A stretch of DNA of 63,036 bases, filler included, from Cercozoa sp. M6MM (taxonomy: Eukaryota > Protista > Endomyxa: Ascetosporea), in assembly GCA_040357565.1 (NCBI GenBank). It is 12 parts of 12 records of this genome, joined end to end, with 100 filler letters (N's around TTAATTAATTAA, not from the genome) between each part and the next. Parts side by side here need not be neighbours in the genome. Positions count along the whole stretch, not along the records: positions 39,092 to 45,385 come from JBDODJ010000757.1; positions 45,486 to 46,891 come from JBDODJ010002041.1; positions 46,992 to 52,154 come from JBDODJ010000960.1; positions 52,255 to 53,985 come from JBDODJ010001940.1; 8 more parts are not named here. One strand, 5' to 3'. The position numbers and the translations under genes were made by a program. Positions 39,264 through 52,271 of the stretch are shown here, piece after piece (the first letter of the stretch is position 1; each line of letters begins with the position of its first letter). The notes beneath the pieces were generated by a model that worked only from the letters and a program-made list of their open reading frames with translations, made no database searches and had not been told where the DNA came from.

Positions 39264-40789
39264 GTGGCACCCGTCATTGCCGCCAGAGGCGAGTGACGAC
39301 GAGTGCGGCGAGAAAGCAACAGTGCACACAGCCGCATTGCCGCCGCTGGTGCCTGTGTATGCTGCATACCGCCACCCTGCCCAACTAGGTAGAGGTACCA
39401 TTAGGTGCACTGTGGAACGGAATCGACGCTGCCAGGTGTCGTCTCGCCCGCACGTCGTGCAGTCTGACAAGGGTATCATACACGTGCAGACACATGCATA
39501 GAGACAGAGGCAGGCACCTGATGGTGCCGTCGGCCAGTCCGGCGGCCAGCACGTGTCCGTGTCGCCAGTCCAACGACAGCACCGCCGCCTCGGTGTTGCT
39601 TGACAAATCGCGTGCCTGCCCAACGGGGTAAGGGCGTGTGCGCGCGCGTGTGTGTGTGTGTGGGGGGGCGGGGGAGGGGGTAAGATGCACGGTACGATGC
39701 GACAGGAGGCGGCGTCAAAGAGACGCAGCGCACCGCGCGAAGTGCCGACGGCCACGTGGGTTTTTGCACTGTCCACTACACACACAAACATAGACAGACA
39801 CAGACAGAAACGTACACGCTTATCTTTTGCCCCAGCAAAGACACAAGTGTACACAAGGGTTTCTCAGAAACAGCATGCGTGCTCAGTGAACGAGTGCGCA
39901 AGGGCGGTAGCATGCCTGTACATTGCGCATTGATACTTGGCCAAACTAACCACAGAAAGAGAGACAGGGGGTACCGGAGGATGTGGGTGCGTATTCGGGC
40001 TGACACCTGACACTGGTGACTCGTTCGTCTATGTACACTCGAGAGTAGGCGAGGAGACTTACAACATTGCGTAGCAGTGAGGGAAAGGCACCGGCAAGGT
40101 CGCACAGCTGCGAGATGGAACCTTTGGCGCTGTTCCACAGGTAGACTGCGCCGCCGAGTGCCACCACCACACCTGCGTGTGTCCCACCAACGTATACAGG
40201 TAACTACCATCCATCCCCCACTTTATGCGTGTGTGTCGTACTATCGAGTGGTCGCGACCAGTGCAGACAGTTCGTGTAAAAGTCGTCAACGAGACCGGGC
40301 TACAGCATTTCAGTTAGGCATAGTGCATGGAGCGAAAAGGAATTGGCTACAGCATCAAGTATTCTTTCGGGTGTCGAGTGATATCTTGTTGTCGGCGTGT
40401 CTATCGGTGTCTGCACACAAGGACGGCAGCTTGCAAACAGTGCCTCAAACTGCGCAAAAAAAAAGAACTGTACCGAGAAACTAAAGCAAGTGTCGCTTTC
40501 GTGCAGCACCTCCTCGCTGCCTTCTAATGATACATTGAGCGCCGAGGCTACATGAAAACACAGACGACCTCAGTAGTCCAATGCCAAAGCACTGGGGAAC
40601 TCGCACAAAACAGCAGCTGTTACGAGGCGCGTTTTCATCTGCCTCGAGGCGAGAGAAGCGGCGCCGTGGCCGACGTGTTTCGGGACCGAGTTCCTGCGTC
40701 AGCGATGGCGCCAGAAACAAACGGTCGCTGCGCAGAGGGTTCGATGATATCGACAGCACACGGGAGCGCCCGCGGCGACGTTTCTCCAT
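39264..40789 (-). CDS. CDC20: CDC20/Fizzy-family APC/C activator, divergent (3' truncated)
   Basis: C-box-like DRLF, PERILDA, DDFYTNCLHWS, VALGGAVYLWN, VAVGTSRG, LASGGNDG. Confidence 0.85.
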
Positions 40790-41064
40790 CCCTGTCTGGC
40801 GGCAGAATCAACAGAATATGCGACAGCCGCGTTGGTGGCTCCAGCAAACTCACGCCTGATCGTGGCAAGTGCACGAACCACAGAGTCTCCTGGAAAGTCT
40901 ATTTTCTGCGCCAAATTCAACCTCTAACGCCCGCTAAATGCGCGAGCAACAAGCAAATCATCAGTCAACTGATGTCTGAGGACGGTCCATTTGGACAAGA
41001 ATGGATCGCCGGTTGTGTCAAAGATACCAATATTTGAAAATACGTTTTTGCGGACTGATTCACA

Positions 41065-41591
41065 ATGGTGCGTTGAGTTGCTTATGTCATCCGTAGTGCT
41101 CTAGCGGCGCTGCTTTTGTCTGGGTTGTTTGGGCCGTTTTTCCGCGCGGATGCAGCCCTCGCGTCACAGTGACGATGTGTGGGTGTCTGTGGGCTGGAAA
41201 CGCTCAAAACGCTCCTAGCACTAAAGTGTACTTTTGCCGGGTATGGAGGCTGTTGGGCCCAAATTAACCCAGCCAATGTTTTTGTTGCCGCTTTTGTGGC
41301 TTGATTTGGCTGCGCGGGTTTAGCTGCCATTTAGGAACAAATACACAAAGTTGATTTTCGAATTTGTCGCAGGCCATCGACCCGTCGGGCGCCCAGCTGG
41401 CGCGCAAGTACAACTGCGAGAAGCTCATCTGCCGCAAGTGCTACGCTCGTCTGCACCCGCGTGCCACGAACTGCCGCAAGAAGAAGTGTGGCCACTCGAC
41501 GAAGCTGCGCCCGAAGAAGAAGCTGAAGGTACTGTTTTTTTCGTGCTCAATGTGTGCGCACGCTTATTTACGCATTGTGCGTGAGTAGTAA
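41065..41591 (+). CDS. RPL40: 60S ribosomal protein eL40 without ubiquitin moiety (exons 41065-41067, 41373-41528, 41589-41591)
   Basis: [52 protein letters not shown]; ATG|GT..AG and AAG|GT..AG|TAA junctions in frame. Confidence 0.9.
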
Positions 41592-42034
41592 GTGTGTGTG
41601 CGATGTGCTTTCGTCTGCCGCAATACATGTGTGGACGTCTGCTTCCTGCTCCCCTTTCGATGTCGATGCCGTCGTTCCGTTGCGCCTACTAAACTTCCGT
41701 TGCTGTGGCGCTCGGTGTGGCGGTGTTGTCATTGTGTCTTCAATTTACTTTGACAGCTCCGCGTAATATTGACTGTTCAGAACATCAGATTGTTACTGAC
41801 GGTTGTCAGCCAATGCTCGTAGAGGTGGATATCAGTACAAACTGCAGAGCAACTGATGCCAAGTAGATGAGGTTTTCTCTTTTGCCAACTGGCAGGCTCA
41901 TCCACAGGACAGGCTCTCTTTTGCTTCAATGATGGTAGACCAACTGGTCAGTCTGGGTTCATCTGAGTCAGTCTGTAACACGATCATGGGTAATTCTTGC
42001 TCAGTCGATTCGTTCATGGTTTAGTCATGGCCAG

Positions 42035-43088
42035 CTAACAACCCTGCACGGGATCGTCGTGGCTGTGGGGCAGCAGTAGCTGATCTGTCTCGTCGCGGGA
42101 GAGGGGACTGCTTTTGTCACTCTGGAAAGAAATCTCTTCGCCGGTTGATCGACTGCCACGCCAGGCGAGAAAGGCGTTCCAGGGCACTGAAACGATGTTG
42201 ATCACAAGCATGCGGTGCCTCGGCGGAACTCTGACAAGCAGCAGCACAGTTACAGTATCGATCAATGATGATACTGTAAAGCAGATAAATTATGTTTTAC
42301 AGGCCAAAGTTGAGCAGTTGCACGCAGGACCAAACTGGCACACCCACCTTCCTGCTCAAGTTGATATTGGTAGCGAACACAAGTCGGTGAATACGATAGC
42401 CTCACATAAGCACAAATGGCAAACAGAAAGGGAAGCCGTACATGGAGGGCACGATCTCTCGCACACCTTGTCTCAACGAAGGCACCAACGCCTCGCCCTT
42501 GAGTCCGGCCGTGCAAGCGAAATAGAACAGCAAAAAAAACGGCGACCACACGCTGCGCATTAAACACACGCACTTGTACTTCACCAAATTTGACAGATAA
42601 GTAGGCTGAATAAACACACAACTGGTCGGCCGCGACGAGTGCCCATACCTGTCAACAAGGGAAATGCATTCTATTCAAGTCAGGCCAGTTGAACTGCCAG
42701 GGTACCGGCCACTGCCGCGTTTGCAGAATCGCAACGATCGAAAGCCACACGCCAACGACAGGTGTGAAAAACAAGGCTCCGAACTGTCAGTGCACCCGTG
42801 TACATGGAAGATTGATTTGCTCACTCATCACCATCTGGGAAGGGCAGTAAATTAAGGGAAACGTACGACAGCTGCTCGAAGCACACGTCGGGAGTCAAGC
42901 CGGAGGTGTCGCTGCGAGACCCACTGCGCCAGTACGTCACCCCTGCGTTCAGGACGGGCATGTAACCAAACCGGGGAGCGGGTAAAATTATTGAAATGGC
43001 AGAGAAAGTACACTGAGAAGGTCACGCAGGCAACAACTGCACGTCCCACAAAAGTCGGGTCGCTGTCTATTGCATCTGCATTTTTCAT
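42035..43088 (-). CDS. Mpv17/PMP22 family membrane protein
   Basis: GDVLAQ, RLDSRRVLR, LVAADQL, WSPFFLLFYF, VPPRHRMLVINIVSVPWNAFLAW. Confidence 0.85.
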
Positions 43089-43366
43089 TAGATACTAAAC
43101 AGTAGTAACACGCGTCCTCACTCGTATATCCTTCCAAAGATGCGTCGATTTAGTGTGGCACTAAAAGTTGATTTAAAAAAAACAAAAACTCAATGTGGCC
43201 TAAATAGAGCACTATCATCGCCAAAAGACGCCTAACCGGCCTTCACATTGTGTGTGTGTTTTGGGTGAGGATTGCTGATCGGTTGAGGACCGGTTTGCCT
43301 TCTTGTAATTGCTTTTATCCGCGCGGATTGGACTTGGGGCAAAACGACAGCAAAAAGCTTGAGGTG

Positions 43367-45366
43367 ATGGAGGCACGCGCGCATGCTGCCGTCGAAACGA
43401 TACGCGAGGTTTTCTGGCACTGTTTTTTTGTATGCACATTGGTGGATACGATGAGAGCAGGCGGTAGCGCGCGCACTGTCGATGACGGACGAAACGACAT
43501 CGATCATGCGTCTGGCACAAATGGAGAAGTTTGGTGCGTTGAGTTCGTCTGCTTTCGCTTTGTCTTTTGTGTGTCACTGTGATTTCTCTGTTGGTTCAGG
43601 CGATGCCCTGAGTGTGGTGGCACTGGCGTTGAATCAGATCACCAGCAGTGCCGATAAGCAGGACGAGAGCACTTTGGTATGATTGCGGATGCTGTGTGTG
43701 TATGTGTGTGTGTACACGTGTGTGTGTGTGTGTATGTATTGTACAGTTCAAGTACTCGCTAAAGCATCTTGGAGACCTTGCAAAGTAGCCTGGTGTGTGT
43801 GTGTGTATGTGCATGGAATGTGTATGTGTATTTTAGGGGTGACGATATGCAAGTCGATGCCGCCTTGGCCATCAAGGCGCACTACAACAAGCGTCCCGAT
43901 ACGTGCTTTCTCTATGTATGGGGTAACAGGAGGAGTAAAGGGGTAAGGGGTATAACCGTCGGTGGGCAGAGTCGTGAGCGCGGTGGAGGACGTGGAGGCG
44001 ACACTTCGCTGTTCGCTACTTGGACAGTATGCCGACGAGGACGAGGACGAGGAGGGGGATGTACGACACCCTCTCCTCCCTTTACCTTTTTACCCCCCCC
44101 CCCCCGGACCTCTTACCCCCTGTCCCTACCGCCGTGTGTGTACTGACAGAGTGAGGACAAAAAGGACACCTTGACTCAGGTGCACATATATTCTTTACTA
44201 GATACAGATGTGTATATGTGTATATGTGTGCTCATGTAGATCCATGCCGACGATCGGCACTACGTGTACCGACGGACGGCGGATGGCGTAGTCCCCCCCC
44301 CCCGCCATCCTGTTTACCCCTTACCCCCTTACTTCCTGTGTAGCGCATGGAGGCAGTGCCCGAGTCGCAAGAGACGTCGCTCGACGTCACTGTCGACGAC
44401 GACGACGACGAAATCACCGTGCAGTGCTACTCGGTAGTTTACCCCCCCCCACCCATACCTTCCCTTTACCCCTTATTTCCAGATTCCGTGGGTGGCACGG
44501 CACGGCACACTAAACGGCATGGATGCGCACCCGTCGGAGAAACTGCTGGCCACGGTGCAGGAGGCCAAGGTGTGCATCTGGTGGGTTTACTCTTACCCCT
44601 TTTCCGCTACTCCCTATCCCCTTTACCTTTCTACCCTCCCCCTGTTCCTCTACCAGGAATATGGAGCCAATTTTGGACGATGACTGCGAAATGACCGACA
44701 CCAAGCTGCTGTATACTTATACCTACCTCGAACCCTCTACCCCCTACCTCGAACCCTCTACCCCCTACCTCTACCCCTACTCCTGTGCTGTGTAGCTTCA
44801 CCGATGAGTGCGTGGAACGACAGAACACGCCACTTGACTGTACGCTGCTCTGTGTCTACGGGTGGGGGGGGGGTTAAGATGGGGGTAAGATGGGGGGGTA
44901 AAAGTGCGGCCTGCTGCAGTCGGCACCGAGGAGCCGGAGGAAGCGGCCATGGAGGACGACGACGTCGGCGACGACACCGAGGACAGGAGGGACATTGTGG
45001 TACTTTTACCCCCCGTACTCCCTTGACCCTCTTCCTCTCTGCGTATCTGCGTAGCAAGACAGACGAGTGATTGGCGAGCGACGCTTTTTGCTCAACTGCG
45101 TCCAGTGGTCGCCCAATGGTCCGTGTTGCCCTCCTTTACCCCCTTACCCCCCTTTTCCCCCCCCCCCCCCCCGCATCAGGCGTCATGCTAGCGGTGGGCG
45201 GCAGTCACGACACGCTCATTTTGTACGAGCGGCCTGTGGGTGGTAGTCTTTAGCCCCTACCCCTACCCCCTAACACACCTACACCTTCCCCTACCCCTCC
45301 CCCTTGGTACAGACAAGATGCCGGCGCCGGAGGAGGGCGGTTTCTACCAAGATGACAGCTACGAGG
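43367..45366 (+). CDS. Hypothetical protein with WD40/EML-like segments (3' truncated)
   Basis: GC3-rich exons; HGTLNGMDAHPSEKLLATVQEAKVCIW and MLAVGGSHDTLILYE. Confidence 0.5.
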
Positions 45367-45530
45367 TTTTTGGTTTTACCCCCCCNNNNNNNNNNNNNNN
45401 NNNNNNNNNNNNNNNNNNNNNNNNNNNNNTTAATTAATTAANNNNNNNNNNNNNNNNNNNNNNNNNNNNNNNNNNNNNNNNNNNNGTGTGTGTGTGTGTG
45501 TGTGTGTGTGTGTAAGTATGTGTGTGTGTG

Positions 45531-45571
<41 letters not shown>

Positions 45572-45580
45572 GCGCAGTTA

Positions 45581-46680
45581 GCTTGCAATTACGTGAACGC
45601 ATTCGAACCCAAGATTGCCAAAATGCTGCCCTCGGTCGAGTTGCCGACTTGCCATCACATCGACGACTTTTTCTACGAGATTGGTATGTGTGCGCGGGTA
45701 GTAAAACTGTAGTTGTAAGTTTAGTTTGAATTCTCTTGTCGCAGCAACCGAGACCCCGGAGTTGGCACCATTCGACGCTGCCGTTCGAAAGTATCTTATC
45801 GATCTTTGCTTCGTCCACAGGGTAACTTTTGTGTTGCCACGTCTCCTAGCACATCAGTAAACAATCGAATACTGATGCACCCAGGAAATCAACTCGCGCA
45901 CTGACAAAATTGGACTCGCTCTTTTCGTGTGTGCTGCAGCACTGTCGCTGATGTCGTCGCTATGGTTTGTGTGGAAGGGCAACGAACGCGTCGTAAAAGC
46001 AGCTTCGGCCAAGATGAGCCAAATTGTACAACTTAAGTTTACAGTTAACCGAAGAATAAACTGTAAGTTTAAACTTACTTTGTTCCATCCTTCGCTTCCT
46101 CTGGGCAGGTTTTTCTCTCGTGCGCCGCTCTGTCGGTCCAATGTTTCGTTGCGACACGGTAACGTATACACTTGAAGTGATAATATACCAGCGACTGGAG
46201 TGAAGTGCAGCAAGAGGGAGCAGTGGTGTGCGTCGTGTCGGAGTGGGTGCCCAACCTCGGACTAATGGCCCTTGCCATTACCTTTGCTGGTGTGTGCATC
46301 TGCGTGTTACAGCAGAAGCTAAGCGTATGCTCGTTTGTGTTTGACTCCAGTAAAAAACGACCGATTGGAAAAGATCTTCACATTCAAGGTGAAATAAGTG
46401 TGCCTCAGCGTCAATGTTGAGAAATAGAAACGGCATGCACTCTACGAACTCTGTAGGAACTGGACATCAGACAAATCTCTGACATGCACTTGCTGCGGTC
46501 TATCTTTGTGGGCATGCTTGTTGAGGTATTCTCCTACTGGTCAGTACTTGCGTCCAACCATTCCTATCCTGGGCCCCACCTCAGTCCATTGCAGTGGGAA
46601 TCGTCGAGGGAGCGCAGCAGGTGCACGCGACGACTTTGGTGGAAAACAAGTCCGTCTACGTGGCGTGCTCTCGACCCGTG
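45581..46680 (+). CDS. Class C (GABA-B/Grl-like) GPCR 7TM fragment
   Basis: TM1 followed by ERVVKAASAKMSQI, C...EWVPNLGLMALAITF, IRQISDMHLLRSIFVGMLVE. Confidence 0.6.
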
Positions 46681-46810
46681 CGTGTCCTTCTTAGCCTTAT
46701 GCAACAAACCATCGTGTTATCTCTTTAAATTTAACCAGAACTCGGGCATAAATTTGGTGCCGAAACTGCCGATCCTGGTCACGGTATTCGGACTTAACTG
46801 TTTTCTGCAC

Positions 46811-46891
<81 letters not shown>

Positions 46892-47040
46892 NNNNNNNNN
46901 NNNNNNNNNNNNNNNNNNNNNNNNNNNNNNNNNNNTTAATTAATTAANNNNNNNNNNNNNNNNNNNNNNNNNNNNNNNNNNNNNNNNNNNNGGGGGTAAA
47001 CAGGGGGGGTAAACAGGGGGGTAAAGAGCGGAGTAAAACC

Positions 47041-47371
47041 GAGCAGTGCATGTTGGCCGTGTTGGCCTCGTTGAGTGCGATGGAATTCATCAGCGCCCAG
47101 TCAGTGCCGCTGATCTCGTCGTCCGCGAGGATGCTATTCACCGTCTGCTGACCCAACAGCATGTCTGCTTGCAGCTCCTGACACGACGCGAACTGCGCGC
47201 GGATGGCAGCGTTTCTCGCCTGTCGCGCCACAAATTACCACAAATACCACAAATTACACAACTCCTTGCAGCTTTCTCTACCTCCAATTCGTCCAATCGC
47301 TGCACACATTGCTTTCGACGCTGCAGTAATCCCGCCACGCGCTCTTCCAGCGCTGCTACCTCGGCGGCTGA
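47041..47371 (-). CDS. Hypothetical coiled-coil protein, 5' part
   Basis: MSAAEVAALEERVAGLLQRRKQCVQRLDELE|ARNAAIRAQF... runs off the contig. Confidence 0.5.
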
Positions 47372-47849
47372 CATTTTTGTCCCGCCTTGGGGGGAGTTTT
47401 GTTTATTGAGGGTTTCGCCCAAAGCACGCCTCGCGAGAGAGATCTCGCTTTTCGCGGCACCAAAGTAGACCCACTGCTATGTCTAAGTTATTGAGCACGT
47501 CGTGGCCGCCTCTTAGCCTCTGCTGCTGCGTGTCCATCCGGCCCGGAGCGACCGACCACCGGTTGGAGCACAAAATTAAAAAAACAAAAACGACTGTAGG
47601 AGCGAATCTTAGAGGTTTGGACCAACGTTTTGGTGTNNNNNNNNNNACAAAAACAAAAAACAACAAAACAAAAACAAAACAACAAAATAAAAATAACAAG
47701 AAAAAAAAACAACAACAAAAACAAAACAAAAAAAAAACAACAAAACAAAAACAAGAAAACAAAAAACAAGAAAAAACAAGAAAAAACAACAAAACCACAC
47801 ATAGCAACAAAAACAACAACAAAGCAACAACAAAACAACGGGAAGGACC

Positions 47850-49863
47850 TAACAAAGCCGACGCAAGGTGCGAGAAGGCCTCCTTGGTGCTCTCAGTGTC
47901 ACTCGCCTCCGTGTGCACCGCCGGGATTCCCCGATCGCTCAGATGCGCCACTTGCTGCAGACAGCACACTTGACTACCCCTGTTTACCCCTACCCCCTTT
48001 AGCCCCTATTCACCCCCCCCCCCGTACCTCGGACAGAGGCAGCGAGACGCAGGCGCCGCCGCGCAGCGACTCGTGTTTGTGCGCGTCCGTGCAGAGTCCG
48101 AACATGTTGCCCAGTGTGGACAGACAGGACTCGCCTATAGCCAGCACAATAGTAGCCAGCGCAATAGTACTCAGTACAACAGTAGTCAGTACAATAGTAG
48201 TCAGTACAATAGTAGTCAGTACAATAGTAGTCAGTACAATAGTAGCCAGTCAGAACATATAATGTAGCCACACATAGTGTAGCCAGGAGACGGTGTACCG
48301 AACGGTCGGTGCACCGTGCCGCAGCTATGGCAGCGCAGTTCGCTGAAGTTTTCGACCAGCGCCAGTGTCGGCACATTGACGCGGTCCAGCATCTCGACTC
48401 CCTTAACGACGTCCACCTGTACAGTACCGGTATATTTGTACCCCACATGTACACCATGACAGCAGCAGTGTCCGCGCGGACCCGAGCCAGACGATGCGGC
48501 GTCGTGACGACCACGGCACCGTCGAAAGCGACCTGCTGACACAGCGAGATCTGGATGTCGCCTGTGCCAGGTGGCAGGTCCACCAGCAGCACGTCCAGTT
48601 CGCCCCACTACACCATACATATAGACTGGCGACAACACACGTGGCTACAACAAATTAGACTAGTGGTACATCTGTGTCACGCAGCAGCTGCGTCGCCATG
48701 CCCGACGCTATCGGTCCGCGCACCATCGCGGCACCTGCCTACGGGGGGGGGGGGTAAGTGGGGGCAAGAGGAGGGACGTAAAGTACCGACGAAGCAGCAG
48801 AAGCACGTTGTTGCTGATCACTCAGCCAGCCTGAAGGCACGCATACATGCGTTTATAAGGAGACAATACATAAGAACACACTACCGTAGGACATGATCTT
48901 GACGCCAAAGAACTCGGGCGGCGACACCAGTTTCGTCGTCTCGTCTACTCGCAATTCGACCTCGTTCGCTCGCACATCTATGTACCTGGGAGGCAAACAA
49001 AATTAGGTTAAGGGGGTGTGGGGTAAACGGTAAGGCAAAGTACCCTGTATGGTCGGCCGCGCGGATGCGACCGATGCCTCCGGCCACGAGAGTCGGCGCC
49101 GAGGGACCATAGATATCGGCATCGAAGAGACCGACACGCAGGCCGCGCTGTGCCAGCGATACAGCCAAGTTGAGCGACACCGTGCTGCATTCGTTAGGGA
49201 CGACATTGGTACAACAAGGTCAATACACGCACTACACTTATACGCCACACCTCTTGCCAACTCCGCCTTTGCACGATGACACTGCCACAATGTGCTTGAT
49301 GTCCTTCTACAAACGTGGGGGGGGGGGTAGTTATAAAGGCGAATACATGGGGGTGAGTATACCAGAGACTGTGCATCCTCCTGGCGCTGGTTTTTCACTT
49401 TCTCTACTTCGGCCATGTCAACTTCCACCGGCACTCCGAGCTGCATACACAACACTCAGCAGCACTACGCTCGGCACAACACACTCACAAGAAAGCAATT
49501 CAAAACTAAACACACATCCTTGAGTGCAGCCACACACGCCTTCTGCAGCGTGCGAAAGTGACGATCCGGTTCCAACTCGAGTCGCACTCCACTTTTGTTT
49601 ACTTGCAGCTGCAAACACTCGACTCAAATCAATCAAAACAGACAAAACAGACATGCGAGTACATTTTTCAACTGGCCGCTCTGCACGATATCGTCGCCTG
49701 TTTCCGGATGCCTGCAGCGTACTTGTCAACATGTCTCAGTCATATTGGGGCTTGATGAGTCTACATACCTGGCATGCCGCTGCAACGCGGACATCACCTG
49801 CGCCCGCATGTCATCCACCTGCGAAAAACATCGCCGCGCTGCGCGACGGACAAAACACCGCAT
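47850..49863 (-). CDS. Mrp/NBP35-family Fe-S carrier, HCF101-type, with mitochondrial-like presequence and DUF59 domain
   Basis: [14 protein letters not shown]; [12 protein letters not shown]; [18 protein letters not shown]; DADIYGPS; [15 protein letters not shown]; [13 protein letters not shown]. Confidence 0.85.
48140..48252. repeat. 15-bp tandem repeat (AGTACAATAGTAGTC)n in an intron
   Basis: About 7 visible units. Confidence 0.85.
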
Positions 49864-50039
49864 GCCCACACTAGACCTAATGGTGTGCGCTGACCCGTGC
49901 AAACACAAAATTTGCAGCTTGGGCACCGGCCGCTGGCTCTAATTTTGTTGGGATGCGCGTTCTGCGCCCAAGATAGTGAATTTTGGCGGAATGAGCTTCG
50001 TTTCGCGAGGCAGTACGATGACACGGTAGTTTTTATGAA

Positions 50040-52111
50040 AGGGTCCGTTTTTATTCAACTGTCGGTGTTTTCGATCGATTCGTCGGAGACATCGAGCGCA
50101 CACGATCCGAGACCTGCGTGTTCAGAATGGTCGCAGTTGGCGTTGGTGGCCTTTCGAATGGGCACGTGTCGATCCTTACCTTTCGGGAGAAGTGCTCACA
50201 ACCTTCAAGAGGTAGATTGCTGGAAGATGAGTCAATCGTGAACTAAATCCATCATGTGTTGCCGGAAGTTGCGATGTTACCTGAAACGTGGTGAATCCGG
50301 CATGCCTTTGAGGCTTGCTTTTGGCTTGCGTACGCTGCCCGAAGGACTGAGAGGCCGATGCATATGTGTAGCTCGACTTCCTCTTGTAGCAACAGGCGAG
50401 TCACTTTTGAGAGAGAACCCGTCTGCTCCTGGGGGTGACTTGACAGCGATTGAAAGTGGGGACTTGAGAGCTACAGCGCTCTGTTCTGGTCTCGTGTGCA
50501 AGCGAAGTATCGGAGCGAGGTTAGCAGTGTGCGCGGATGGTGATGTTTCAGAACTTAAAGGCTTGGCCATTGTTTCAGTATCTTTTCTGTCAGTGTTTGG
50601 GGTGTTCGAAGCTGGAGAAATTGAGTCCAAGAGGTGTTGGCACACTGAACAGTGATGTTTCGACCGGGTTGTGCCGTTACATATCAAAGTTGGGCCTAGA
50701 GACTCTAATACCTGTACGAATTTCGTGATTTTCAAGCCTCAGCTGGCTTACTTCATGCGCTGTTCGCTTTCTTTCTCGTAAGTGCGAATCAAGTGCTTTT
50801 GATTGTGTCCGCACTGTCAACAAAACAACTACAGTATTAAAAATGTCGGCGTGCCAGTCCGGATTTACCAGTTGAAAGCAAATCAGCCTGTTCTTTTTCC
50901 AGCTGACGGCGTAATGTGAGTGCCTGTCTCAATTGCCCTTCGAGCTCCTGTTGCTTAATACGATTGGTGATCATTTCTTGTCTTGCGACCCGTTGTTCTT
51001 TCAACTCTTTCAACGCTTTCTTGTATTGTTCTTTGTAAAAGTTCAAGTCGCAACGCAGGTCTGCCACGATCAACTCGTGCTTTCGTTTTCCGTCTCGCAT
51101 CGTCTGTATTTCTTTTGTTGTTTCAAAGAACACCGCTTTCGTCTTCTGTTGTTCGGATTTTGCCTTTCGCAGATCTGACTTCAATTCTGCGGTTGTTTTG
51201 TGCATATTTGACAGTTCACTTTGAGTATGTTGCAATTTTGTCTTCAGAAGTGCGATTTTTTCTTCGGCGCGTTTCAAGAATACGCCGAGTGCCACTGACT
51301 CGTCTTCCTTCTGCGTCAGTTGCACGTTGCAGTCACTGAGTTTCCGATCGAGTCGTTGCCGGGCTCTCTCAGAGATATCGAGAGCGCCTTCAGTCTCAAG
51401 CCAAGTCTTCTCGAGCTCTGACACGGAATTGCCATTTTTCGAAAAAAAACTGAAAATTATGTTTTAAAAAAAGCCACGGTACCGAGGTTTTCGGAACGCA
51501 GTCTGTGACACACCGAACAGCAACACATAGACTACATAGCTCTGTTTGAATGTGAAGAATGTCTGACCTTGCCACCTCTGACGAAGTTGTCTCAAGACGT
51601 TTGACGATCTGGTAGGTGACTTCTTCAGACTGCTTCAGCTTTCGATTGTGATTGTGTTCGAGCAAAACCAAGCTTCGTGACAGTTTCGACTTGTCGTGCT
51701 CTACTTGCCTTAATTTCTGCTCTGCGATGGTGGCCTTTCGTGACAACAGCTCCCTGTAAAGCTTCGATCGTAGCCTTTTCACACTTGCGCCTGCTTTGAC
51801 CTGCTCCAAACGCTGTGCCAGAAGGCCAATCTTCCGTTGAAGGTTGCCAACGGATGTGCGCACAGAAGAGAAAACGGTGTCACTGACTGACTGAAAGTTC
51901 AGTTCCTGCTGCGTGAATTCTAATCTCAGTCGGTTTTTCTCCTCTCTGTCGATTTCTTGTTCTCTTCTTCGTTTTTGAGCGAGATCATCACACACAGCTC
52001 TCAGAGTTGAGGCTTCTGCCTTGTAGTTTTCGAGCGCAGCCTGAGCAGCAATCGAATTTTGCAGCTTCTCGTGCATTTGGGCTAACTCTGCTTGCAGGTC
52101 TTGAATCTCAC

Positions 52112-52112
<1 letters not shown>
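50040..52112 (-). CDS. Long coiled-coil protein with S/P-rich tail (5' truncated, end approximate)
   Basis: ORFs 51396-52151, 50837-51424 and 50277-50735; the first two are E/K/Q/L-rich and heptad-like. Confidence 0.65.
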
Positions 52113-52154
<42 letters not shown>

Positions 52155-52271
52155 NNNNNNNNNNNNNNNNNNNNNNNNNNNNNNNNNNNNNNNNNNNNTT
52201 AATTAATTAANNNNNNNNNNNNNNNNNNNNNNNNNNNNNNNNNNNNNNNNNNNNCCCCCCCCCCCCCCGTA

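Noticed and set aside
40908-40915. E2F-like TTTGGCGC upstream of CDC20
   Set aside because: Single 8-mer with no supporting evidence
48140-48252. Tandem 15-mers (also 14-mers at 26362-26401) as CRISPR-like arrays or YYCTD repeat proteins
   Set aside because: No spacers; simple intronic minisatellites
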